Source: a virus (Duplodnaviria > Caudoviricetes). Taken from it: a stretch of 25,151 nt of DNA. The stretch is from the IMG/VR virus record IMGVR_UViG_3300030376_002826, positions 1 to 25,151 of that record; one strand, 5' to 3'. This document shows positions 16,533-24,661 of the stretch, in pieces; the first letter of the stretch is position 1; each line of letters starts with the position of its first letter. The notes below the pieces were generated by a model, which did not search any database, had not been told where the DNA came from, and saw only the letters and a program-made list of their open reading frames with translations. Position numbers and translations under genes: made by a program.

Positions 16533-19154
16533 ATGACAGTATCATCAACTACAACTAAAGTAAGCTATTCAGGTAATGGCAGCACTACTGCCTTCGCATA
16601 CACATTCAAGATATTTGCAGCAGCAGAGATAACTGTAATTATCAGAAGCTCTACAGGAACAGAAACAGTTAAGAGTTTGACCACCGATTATAGTCTGTCA
16701 AACATAGGCGTAGATGGTGGTGGAAATGTAACTTTTGGATCTGCTCCTGCTAGTGGTGAAACAGTTGTGCTTATTAGAAATACTCCGAACACACAGACAC
16801 TAGACTTAGTAGAAAACGATCCGTTTCTCTCAAGCTCCTTTGAAGATACATTAGATAAGATTACACATCAGCTTATAGAACAACAAGAAGAGATAGACAG
16901 ATCCTTTAAAGTTTCTCGTACCAATAGTATTACCACTTCAGAGTTTTCTGATGATGCTACAAGCAGAGCAAGTAAAACACTAGGCTTTGACAGCGATGGT
17001 AACTTAACAACAGTAGCAGACTTTCTACCAGCAGGAGGAGACTCTGCACAATTTACTTATAGCACTACTACTACTGATAGTGATCCCGGTGCAGGTGTTG
17101 TACGATTTAACAATACTAATTTAGCTTCTGCAACAGAAGCGTATATAGATGACTTAGAAGCTAATGGTACAGATGTATCTGCGTGGGTACAAAGCTTCGA
17201 TGATGTTGCAGGCAACGATACTAACAGAGGTAGAATACGAATAAGTAAAGCAAACAGTCTAGTAGTATGGGCTGTGTATAAAGTAACTGGAGCAGTTACG
17301 GATGCTTCTGGTTATACAAAAGTAAGTTTGAGTTATATAGATAGTGCAGGCACATTAACAAACAATGATAAAGTATTTATAAGCTTTGTAGCTTCTGGTG
17401 AAGATGGTGCAATACCGGGGTACTATTACAAGTTTGATTCAGGTACATCGGATGCAGATCCCGGAGCTGGTGAGATAGCATTTAACAATGGAACATACGC
17501 AAGTGTTACTGCTATTTATATAGATGACGCAGATGCAAATGGTGTTACAACTTCTACAGATGTTTTAACTTGGGATGACAGTACAAGTTCTATAAAAGGT
17601 AGCCTGATGATTTACGATATTAATGACAGGTCAACCTATGCAAGATTTAATATTACAGGAAGTTCTACTGATGCTTCTGGATATAATAAACTAGCAGTTA
17701 CTCATGTAGCTTCTAATAATACGTTTAGTGCAGCAGATGAATTGTCTGTACACTTTTCTAGATCTGGTAATGCTGGTGATACTGGTAGTACAGGTTCGCA
17801 AGGAACAAAAGGCGTAAACGGACTAGAGTTAACATTTAGTAACTCTACATCAGATGCAGATCCGGGTGCAGGAAAGATAGCTTTTAATAATGGTACTGTA
17901 AGTTCTGTATCAATTTTATTTATAGATGATGCGGATGATAATGGTGTAGACATAACAAGCTTTGTGCAATCATTTGATGATATTGTAAACTCTACAGCTA
18001 GAGGTATTATTACAATTAGAAAAGAGTCTACTCCTACTACCTTTGCAACATTTAAGGTATCAGGAACAATTACAGATGCTAGTGGTTATACAAAAGTTCC
18101 TGTTACACATATTGTATCTAGTGGATCTTTTTCTAATACTGATGGAGTAGGTTTAGAATTTGTATATTCTGGTACAGATGGTAGCGGTATAACAGATGTG
18201 GTATCAGATACTTCTCCAGAATTAGGAGGAGATTTAGATGTTTTAGCAAAGGACATTGTATCATCTTCTAATAGAGATATAGATTTAGCTCCACATGGAA
18301 CAGGTAAAGTAGTAGTAAAAGGAAACAGTAACCCGGGAACTGTAGTTTTTAATTGTGAAAGTAATTCACATGGACAAACAGTAAAGTCTCAACCGCATTC
18401 CGCTTCAGTAACTAATGTTCTAACACTACCTCCGGGAAGTGATCAAGAAATAGTGGGAACAAGTGCTACACAAACTTTAACAAACAAAACTATAAATGCT
18501 TCACAACTATCAGGAACAGTTGCTCTTGCAAGATTATCTGATGCAAGCACAAGTGCAAAGGGTATAGCTTCTTTTAGCTCTGATAATTTTGATGTAAGTT
18601 CTGGTGCTGTTACAATAAAAGACCAAGGCGTAGCTTTAGCTGAAATTGTTAATGTAACTGCTACGGATAAAATACTAGGTCGTAGTTCTAGTGGTGCAGG
18701 TACGATAGAGGAAATATCTTGTACTTCAGCAGGTCGAGCATTGTTAGATGATGCTAATGCTTCAGCACAAAGAACGACATTAGGATTAGCTATAGGATCT
18801 GATGTACAAGCTTTTGATAGTGATACAGCAAAGACCGATGTAACACAGAGTTTTACAGCACCGCAAAGAAATGCTTTGACTGTAGATAACGATGGATCGT
18901 TTGACTTAAACGCAGCAAATAATTTTAAGTGTACACCTAGTGGAAACTTTACTTTAACTTTTACGAATATACCAGATGGTCAATCAGGTTTTATATTATT
19001 AATAAATAGTGGTGGGCATACTGTATCATTACACGCAAACAGTAAAGGATCTGCAACAATAGCAGCAACTTTATCAGCAGCAGGAACTTATCTAGTATCG
19101 TACTTATCCGATGGCACAAATGTTTATCTAACTAACTCTGTGGTATACGCATAA
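16533..19154 (+). CDS. Tail fibre protein with T7 gp17-like N-terminal anchor and three internal repeats
   Basis: MTVSSTT...YSGNGSTTAFAYTFKIF..., E..LDK.T...Q anchor; three D.DPGAG...FNN repeats; DTSPELGGDLD, TQTLTNKTI, GRALLDDA.ASAQRTTLGL fibre motifs. Confidence 0.88.
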   Translation: MTVSSTTTKVSYSGNGSTTAFAYTFKIFAAAEITVIIRSSTGTETVKSLTTDYSLSNIGVDGGGNVTFGSAPASGETVVLIRNTPNTQTLDLVENDPFLSSSFEDTLDKITHQLIEQQEEIDRSFKVSRTNSITTSEFSDDATSRASKTLGFDSDGNLTTVADFLPAGGDSAQFTYSTTTTDSDPGAGVVRFNNTNLASATEAYIDDLEANGTDVSAWVQSFDDVAGNDTNRGRIRISKANSLVVWAVYKVTGAVTDASGYTKVSLSYIDSAGTLTNNDKVFISFVASGEDGAIPGYYYKFDSGTSDADPGAGEIAFNNGTYASVTAIYIDDADANGVTTSTDVLTWDDSTSSIKGSLMIYDINDRSTYARFNITGSSTDASGYNKLAVTHVASNNTFSAADELSVHFSRSGNAGDTGSTGSQGTKGVNGLELTFSNSTSDADPGAGKIAFNNGTVSSVSILFIDDADDNGVDITSFVQSFDDIVNSTARGIITIRKESTPTTFATFKVSGTITDASGYTKVPVTHIVSSGSFSNTDGVGLEFVYSGTDGSGITDVVSDTSPELGGDLDVLAKDIVSSSNRDIDLAPHGTGKVVVKGNSNPGTVVFNCESNSHGQTVKSQPHSASVTNVLTLPPGSDQEIVGTSATQTLTNKTINASQLSGTVALARLSDASTSAKGIASFSSDNFDVSSGAVTIKDQGVALAEIVNVTATDKILGRSSSGAGTIEEISCTSAGRALLDDANASAQRTTLGLAIGSDVQAFDSDTAKTDVTQSFTAPQRNALTVDNDGSFDLNAANNFKCTPSGNFTLTFTNIPDGQSGFILLINSGGHTVSLHANSKGSATIAATLSAAGTYLVSYLSDGTNVYLTNSVVYA
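17047..18183 (+). repeat. Three tandem ~120-130 aa domain repeats within the tail fibre (boundaries approximate)
   Basis: Units start near 17047, 17421 and 17824: F/Y..T.D.DPGAG...FNN...YIDD..ANG......FDD...RG......TDASGY.K......F..SG..G. Confidence 0.85.
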
Positions 19155-19912
19155 TGGGTATTTTACAAAACAGTAATGCAATACCTAGTGCGGCTGCTGT
19201 TGCTGATTTTTATGACCATCAGATAGAACAGTCAGCTAGATTTGATAGAGCAACACCAAGTAGTATGAACTTTACACCAGGTAGTGCAGGTAACAGACAA
19301 GTATGGACTTGGAGTGCATGGGTTAAAAAAACAATTAATCCTGGTAATGCAGATGTTATGCTATTAAATGCAGGTACTAGTGGACATCAAAGTTCAAGAT
19401 TTAGAGCATATTTTTATGAAGATAAATTTAGAAGTTCATCTGCTGAAATTAATTATAATGTTAGTAGTGGTGTATATCGTGATACTTCTGGTTGGATGCA
19501 CTTAGTATGGAAATTAACTGGTGGAACTTCTTATCAATATGTAAATGGAATAGAAGTATCTACATCAAGTGTTTCAGGAGATGTTGCTATTAATAATAAT
19601 GTAAAACATACATTAGGAGCTAGAAACAGTCCTAGTACATCAAGTTCTTTTGATGGCTATATGGCAGAAGTAGTTTTTATAGATGGTACAGCATATAATC
19701 CTACAACCTTTGCTGAAAGTAAAAATGGTGTTTGGATACCAAAAGACTTTTCAAGTTCTGTTACATTTGGTAGTCAAGGGTGGCATCTTAAATTTGAAAA
19801 TTCAAGTGACCTTGGTAATGATTCAAGTGGAAACAATAACGATTGGAATGTTGTGAACATGGGTGCAGACCATCAAGTTATTGATACCCCAACCACAGGA
19901 GCAGGGAGTTAA
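19154..19912 (+). CDS. LamG/concanavalin A-like tail-associated protein
   Basis: WTWSAWVK, RDTSGWMHLV, YVNG, FDGYMAEVVFIDG, G.WIPK, LGNDSSGNNNDW; TAATG coupling. Confidence 0.8.
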   Translation: MGILQNSNAIPSAAAVADFYDHQIEQSARFDRATPSSMNFTPGSAGNRQVWTWSAWVKKTINPGNADVMLLNAGTSGHQSSRFRAYFYEDKFRSSSAEINYNVSSGVYRDTSGWMHLVWKLTGGTSYQYVNGIEVSTSSVSGDVAINNNVKHTLGARNSPSTSSSFDGYMAEVVFIDGTAYNPTTFAESKNGVWIPKDFSSSVTFGSQGWHLKFENSSDLGNDSSGNNNDWNVVNMGADHQVIDTPTTGAGS

Positions 19913-19914
19913 GT

Positions 19915-21645
19915 ATGTCAAGTAATACAAATTTTGCAACATGGAATCCTTTAACAAAAGGTTCTTATACTGGTTTATTTAATGGTAACACTACTGCAAG
20001 AAGCATAAGTAATGCTGATTTAGGAGGAGTGACTGCTACTATAGGAATAACAACTGGTAAATGGTATTGGGAAACTTATGTTAATTTTAGTGGTACTGGA
20101 TATGTATATGCAGGATTAAGTTCTGGTTATGAAGGTGGTGGATTTTATTCAGGAGGTAGTGCTACAAATGGTATGACTCCCGGTGCTATAAGAATAAGAG
20201 ATACTGGTGCTTTATTTGATTCTTCAAGTAGTGATGACCCTGATAGATGGGGAACTATTACTCTTGATAGTACAGGTACAGCTTCTTTTACTACTGGAGA
20301 TATAATTAGTTTTGCATTAGATTATGATAATAAAAAATTATGGATTAGTAAAAATGGAACATTTTTTAATTCTGGTAATCCTGCAGGAGGTAGTAATCAA
20401 CAAGCAAGTTGGACTGGAGATGTTCCTATAATATATCCTTGTGCTGAACCCTATCATACTAATAATGATTTTACAATTAATGCAGGACAAGATAGTTCTT
20501 TTGCAGGACAAAAAACAAGTGGTTCTGCAGCAGCTACAGATGGTAATGGTTATGGTGATTTTTATTATACACCACCTACTAATTTTCTTTCGTTAAATTC
20601 AGCTAATGCACCTATATCAGATGACATAGACCCTGCACAGACTGATGATGATATTCCCCAGAAGCAATTTAATTCAATTCTTTATACAGGTACAGGTTCT
20701 AGTAATGCTATATCTGGATTAGGATTTCAACCAGATTTAGTATGGTTAAAACAAAGAGGTTCTGGTGGTAGTAATATGTTATTAGATACTAATAGAGGAA
20801 CTAATTCTAGACTATCATCAAATAATACAAATGACGAAAGAACAGCTTCTTCTTATTTTACAAGTTTTGATAGTGATGGATTTACTGTTACTGGAAATGA
20901 TGCTATTAGTAATGCAAGTAGTGGTACTTTTGTTGGATGGTGTTGGAAGTGTGCAGGAGGTACAACTAGCACGAATAATGAAGGTAATCATACCTGCACT
21001 TTACAAGCAAATGCAAAAGCAGGATTTAGTATAATGACATTAGCTAACTATACAAGTGCTAGTGGAGTAACTATAGGACATGGACTTGGTAAAGCACCCT
21101 CTATGTATATTCACAAATCTCGTGCATCTTCTGGCAACTGGCATATCTATCACAAATCTTTAGGTGCAACTAAAGCTATGTTTTTTACAAATGCAGCTGC
21201 AGCAACAGCAATAGGATATTGGGCTAATACAGAACCAACTGCTGATGTATTAAGTCTAGGAAATACATTTGCAGGAACATTTAATGGAGTAGTATATGCG
21301 TGGGCAGAAATTGAAGGATATAGTAAGTTTGGAACTTATGAAGGAAATCAAAATGCTGATGGACCTTTTATCTATACAGGATTTAGACCCAAAATGGTAT
21401 TTGTGAAAAATGCAGATACTGGTAGTACTGAATGGTCTATTAATGATACTGCTAGAAATACCTTTAACCCTACAGAAAAACAATTAAATTGGGATAATTC
21501 AAATGCTGAATTAACTGGTAAAGATATAGATTTTTTATCAAACGGATTCAAAATTAGAAAATATACTGGTGGTATGAATGATAGTGGTACTCATATCTAT
21601 GGTGCTTGGGGTGATGTGCCATTTAAATATAACAATACTTTTTAG
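19915..21645 (+). CDS. SPRY/B30.2-like and beta-rich tail-associated (receptor-binding) protein
   Basis: NFATWNPL, GKWYWE, GDIISFALDYDN.KLWISKNG, GLGFQPDLVWLK.R, GHGLG.AP, EIEGYSKFG.Y.GN..ADGPFIYTGFRP, DFLSNGFKIR; SD AGGGAG. Confidence 0.8.
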   Translation: MSSNTNFATWNPLTKGSYTGLFNGNTTARSISNADLGGVTATIGITTGKWYWETYVNFSGTGYVYAGLSSGYEGGGFYSGGSATNGMTPGAIRIRDTGALFDSSSSDDPDRWGTITLDSTGTASFTTGDIISFALDYDNKKLWISKNGTFFNSGNPAGGSNQQASWTGDVPIIYPCAEPYHTNNDFTINAGQDSSFAGQKTSGSAAATDGNGYGDFYYTPPTNFLSLNSANAPISDDIDPAQTDDDIPQKQFNSILYTGTGSSNAISGLGFQPDLVWLKQRGSGGSNMLLDTNRGTNSRLSSNNTNDERTASSYFTSFDSDGFTVTGNDAISNASSGTFVGWCWKCAGGTTSTNNEGNHTCTLQANAKAGFSIMTLANYTSASGVTIGHGLGKAPSMYIHKSRASSGNWHIYHKSLGATKAMFFTNAAAATAIGYWANTEPTADVLSLGNTFAGTFNGVVYAWAEIEGYSKFGTYEGNQNADGPFIYTGFRPKMVFVKNADTGSTEWSINDTARNTFNPTEKQLNWDNSNAELTGKDIDFLSNGFKIRKYTGGMNDSGTHIYGAWGDVPFKYNNTF

Positions 21646-21658
21646 GAGGTGAAATAAT

Positions 21659-22294
21659 ATGTGGGCTTATGTAAAAGATAACAAGATACAGGAACTTATA
21701 AAGTTTCCTAAACCAATGGTGATAGATGGAGTAAAGCATCCAAGACAAATCTTTACTGCATGGACTGCTGCTGAAAAAAAAGCTGTAGGAATACTGCCAG
21801 TTACTCCGGGAACTAAACTTGATAATAGGTATTACATATCTAACAATGAAACCTATGCGATTGCAAGTGATGGTAACTCTGTAGTTGGTACAATTACAAA
21901 AGCAAAAAACAAATCTCTTACTGATACGAATGAAGTCAATGAAGATGGATCTAAAATGCTTGATGAAAAAGGCAATCAAATTGTAACTCCGGGGCTGCGA
22001 ACTCTAGCGAAAAAAAAAGCAGATACAACAGCTTATAGTATGCTAAGTAGATTTAGTTGGTTAGTAGAGAGAAAGATTACAGCAGATGTTGCAATACCTT
22101 CGGAAGTAACAACCTTCATGACTAGTGTTAGAACTTCGCACAAATCAATATGCGATGCAATAGATGCGTGCAATTCAATGACCAAGTTTATTGCAATCCA
22201 TACTGATGAGTATAACGAAGATGGCACATTAAAAACTATTGCTAAGGTAAACGATTGGCCGGATGACTATGATATTAAGAGTTATTACAGATGA
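21659..22294 (+). CDS. Conserved hypothetical protein, possibly tail-fibre associated/assembly
   Basis: SD GGAGGTG; P.QIF..W...EK.A.GI, W.VERK, C-terminal DWP motif as in fibre-associated proteins; follows the receptor-binding genes. Confidence 0.55.
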   Translation: MWAYVKDNKIQELIKFPKPMVIDGVKHPRQIFTAWTAAEKKAVGILPVTPGTKLDNRYYISNNETYAIASDGNSVVGTITKAKNKSLTDTNEVNEDGSKMLDEKGNQIVTPGLRTLAKKKADTTAYSMLSRFSWLVERKITADVAIPSEVTTFMTSVRTSHKSICDAIDACNSMTKFIAIHTDEYNEDGTLKTIAKVNDWPDDYDIKSYYR

Positions 22295-22542
22295 CAGTTG
22301 AGCCGATATTTATATGGAGTGGATTATTGTCAGTTATTATAGGGATGCTCTCTTATATGTTCACTACTCTGGTACGAAAAGTACAAGAATTGCAAGAGAG
22401 ATTAGTAAACACAAGAGAAAGTTACGCAACCAAAATAGAGATGAAGGACATGAAGCAAGACTTTCATCAAGACATAAAGCAAATACTAGATCAGTTAAAA
22501 ACATTGAACGAAAAGATAGATAACCTTAAAATTAAAAATTAA
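22291..22542 (+). CDS. Small membrane protein (one N-terminal TM helix plus coiled coil), lysis-region
   Basis: IFIWSGLLSVIIGMLSYMF TM followed by heptads and RESYATK.E; ATGA overlap. Confidence 0.6.
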   Translation: MTVEPIFIWSGLLSVIIGMLSYMFTTLVRKVQELQERLVNTRESYATKIEMKDMKQDFHQDIKQILDQLKTLNEKIDNLKIKN

Positions 22543-22545
22543 AAA

Positions 22546-22594
22546 GGGGGTACTAAACTACCTCGAGATTCATCCTGAGCCATTTAAACGGCTC
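22546..22594. promoter_or_regulatory. Intergenic double inverted-repeat element
   Basis: GGGGTA-CTAAAC-TACCTC (22547-22564) and near-palindrome GAGCCATTTAAACGGCTC (22577-22594). Confidence 0.4.
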
Positions 22595-22620
22595 GTAATT
22601 TTACACATTATAGGCATAAA

Positions 22621-23247
22621 ATGATAGATCCAATATCAGCATTGGGCATTGCCACTGCTGCATTTAATACAATTAAAAAAGGCTTTGAAGTTGGTAGAGA
22701 TCTAGATTCTATGTATGGAGATATGGGTAAATGGATGGGTGCTGTTTCCGATATAAACCAAGCAGAGAAGCAAGCTAAGAATCCACCTATCTTTAAAAAG
22801 ATATTTGTAGGAGCAAGTGTAGAGGAAGAAGCATTAAATGCTTTTGCTGCAAAGAAGAAAGCTGCTGCTATGGAAAAAGAGCTAAGGGAGTATATTGGGT
22901 TTACTCATGGCCCTAATGCGTGGCAAGAGTTATTGCAGATGCAGGCAAAGATACGAAAAGAAAGACAAGAGATGATATATAAGCAGCAAGAAAAAAGAAG
23001 AAAGCTTATGGAATACTCTTTTATAGGTGTCTTTGGTCTTATAGCTATATATATTTTTTATTTATTTGTTGCTTATTTATTAACTATTAAAAGTGTAAGG
23101 TCGCATGACTGCACAATCTTTCATCCAGATTTAGCAACACACTATTATTTCTTGTGCGTTAATGAAGGGCCGGGGGTAGCTGAAAATAAAAGAGAGCAAG
23201 ATAAAAAACACATTGATGACACAACTATAATTGTAGAGGAGGAATAA
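22621..23247 (+). CDS. Conserved hypothetical membrane protein in the lysis region
   Basis: MIDPISALGIATAAF amphipathic N-terminus, helical body, TM helix YSFIGVFGLIAIYIFYLFVAYLL, short tail with two Cys. Confidence 0.65.
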   Translation: MIDPISALGIATAAFNTIKKGFEVGRDLDSMYGDMGKWMGAVSDINQAEKQAKNPPIFKKIFVGASVEEEALNAFAAKKKAAAMEKELREYIGFTHGPNAWQELLQMQAKIRKERQEMIYKQQEKRRKLMEYSFIGVFGLIAIYIFYLFVAYLLTIKSVRSHDCTIFHPDLATHYYFLCVNEGPGVAENKREQDKKHIDDTTIIVEEE

Positions 23248-23621
23248 TGTTACAAGCATTACTAGGGCCAATAGGAAATATTGCCACAACATTTTTAAAG
23301 AACAGAGCAGAGAAAGCAAAAGCAAAACAAAAACTTGCAGTTGCAAAGATAGAAGCTGCAACAAAAAAAGTTCAACAAGATGGAGACTGGGAAGCTGCTG
23401 CAATGGATGCTAGTAAGGATAGTATTAAAGATGAGTTGTGGACAGTTACATTTATATTATTAATAGTTGCTTGTTTTATACCAGCAGCTCAACCTTACAT
23501 AGAGAATGGATTTAAATTTTTAAGAGAGGATTGCCCTGATTGGTTATCTTGGGGTATACTAGCAAGTATAGGAGCTAGTTTTGGACTGAAGTCTATGACA
23601 AAGTTCATTGGTAAAAAATAA
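23247..23621 (+). CDS. Holin-like protein (GTA-type 3TM holin-like)
   Basis: MLQALLGPI, DWE......S.KDELWT, hydrophobic segments, ASFGLK; directly upstream of lysozyme. Confidence 0.65.
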   Translation: MLQALLGPIGNIATTFLKNRAEKAKAKQKLAVAKIEAATKKVQQDGDWEAAAMDASKDSIKDELWTVTFILLIVACFIPAAQPYIENGFKFLREDCPDWLSWGILASIGASFGLKSMTKFIGKK

Positions 23622-23631
23622 AGGAGCAATC

Positions 23632-24078
23632 ATGAATAAAGAATTGTTAGAAGTTATTAAGATAGAAGAGGGTACGAAAAAAAAAGATGGTAAACATATT
23701 CCCTATAAATGTAGTGAAGGTAAGCTTACAATCGGATATGGATTACTTATAGATCCAGAAGTTCCCGGAGGTGGCTTGACAGATGTGCAGGCAGAGATGT
23801 TGTTAAGAACAACTGTCGATACAATGCTTGTAGAATTATACAACAGAATACCTTGGTACAAGGATCAACCAGAATCAATTAAGATAGCATTAGCAAACAT
23901 GGCGTACCAGTTAGGAGTTCCTAAACTGTTACAGTTTAAAAAGACACTAGATCATATTGAGCATGGAAGGTATGGTATGGCAGCAGCAGAGTGTCTTAAT
24001 TCAAAGTGGAATCAGCAAACTCCAAATAGAGCCAAGAGAGTTGCTGATGTTTTTCAATCTTATGCAAAAGGAGAATAA
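23632..24078 (+). CDS. Endolysin, T4-type lysozyme (GH24)
   Basis: ATG at 23632 with SD AAGGAG; EEG...YKCSEGKLTIGYG, NMAYQLG, and AAAECLNSKWNQQTPNRAKRV closely matching T4 lysozyme SRWYNQTPNRAKRV. Confidence 0.92.
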   Translation: MNKELLEVIKIEEGTKKKDGKHIPYKCSEGKLTIGYGLLIDPEVPGGGLTDVQAEMLLRTTVDTMLVELYNRIPWYKDQPESIKIALANMAYQLGVPKLLQFKKTLDHIEHGRYGMAAAECLNSKWNQQTPNRAKRVADVFQSYAKGE

Positions 24079-24080
24079 AT

Positions 24081-24200
24081 ATGCCGGGTTACATGAAGAA
24101 AAAAACAGGAATGAAAAAAAATAAAAAAACTGCTATGAAAAAAGCAGGAACAAAAAAGATGAAAATGAAAGCAGGTAAAAATAAAAGGTCTATGTATTAA
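24081..24200 (+). CDS. 39-aa Lys/Met-rich basic mini-protein (not in ORF track)
   Basis: MPGYMKKKTGMKKNKKTAMKKAGTKKMKMKAGKNKRSMY; SD AAGGAG; stop overlaps next start (TAATG). Confidence 0.7.
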   Translation: MPGYMKKKTGMKKNKKTAMKKAGTKKMKMKAGKNKRSMY

Positions 24201-24355
24201 TGAAGAAACAACTTACAGATAGACAGAAAACCACACTCAAAAAACATAGCAAACATCATACTGCAAAACACATGACAGAGATGCGTAAGCTGATGCGAGG
24301 TGGTAAAACTTTTACTCAATCACATAAAATTGCAATGAAGAAAGTGGGGAAATAA
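24200..24355 (+). CDS. 51-aa basic His-rich mini-protein (not in ORF track)
   Basis: MKKQLTDRQKTTLKKHSKHHTAKHMTEMRKLMRGGKTFTQSHKIAMKKVGK; TAATG coupling at both ends. Confidence 0.75.
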   Translation: MKKQLTDRQKTTLKKHSKHHTAKHMTEMRKLMRGGKTFTQSHKIAMKKVGK

Positions 24356-24492
24356 TGCCATTTACCAAATACAGTTCTAAACAAAAAAAGTTAGCAAGAG
24401 TTGCTAGTCCTAGAAATAAAATTACAGGTGCAGACTTTGCAAAACTTAAAAGAAAAAAAGGAATGAAAAATGGCGGTAAGAAAAAAGTCTAA
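24355..24492 (+). CDS. 45-aa basic mini-protein (not in ORF track)
   Basis: MPFTKYSSKQKKLARVASPRNKITGADFAKLKRKKGMKNGGKKKV; TAATG start; 23-nt overlap with next ORF. Confidence 0.7.
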   Translation: MPFTKYSSKQKKLARVASPRNKITGADFAKLKRKKGMKNGGKKKV

Positions 24493-24661
24493 ATCAAAAG
24501 TTAATGCTGCTGGTAATTATACCAAACCTACTATGAGAAAAAGATTGTTTAATCAAATCAAAGCAAGTAATTCTTATGGAACAAAAGCTGGACAATGGAG
24601 TGCTCGTAAAGCTCAAGCTTTAGCACGTCTTTATAAAAAGAAAGGCGGAGGGTATAAGTAA
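24470..24661 (+). CDS. 63-aa basic protein, N-terminal half of a DUF5872-like family
   Basis: NYTKP.MR.R....IKA...G.K.GQWSARKAQ.LA..YKK.GGGY motif; no acidic residues. Confidence 0.75.
   Translation: MAVRKKSKSKVNAAGNYTKPTMRKRLFNQIKASNSYGTKAGQWSARKAQALARLYKKKGGGYK

Noticed and set aside
20481-20511. Short direct repeat TGCAGGACAA
   Set aside because: Only 10 bp and explained by the protein motif AGQDSSFAGQ.
16533-21645. Diversity-generating retroelement, suggested by BPP-1-like architecture
   Set aside because: No reverse transcriptase and no TR/VR pair differing at adenines; the fibre repeats are old domain duplications.
20831-22523. Alternative-frame + strand ORFs 20831-21034 and 22314-22523 (possible embedded o-spanin)
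   Set aside because: Nested in better genes; no lipobox Cys after a signal peptide and no clear SD.
13155-23631. ORF-track starts at 13155 and 23608 (and 87 for terL)
   Set aside because: Better starts are ATG 13173 (TAATG coupling) and ATG 23632 (SD AAGGAG); terL is open upstream of 87 to the window edge.
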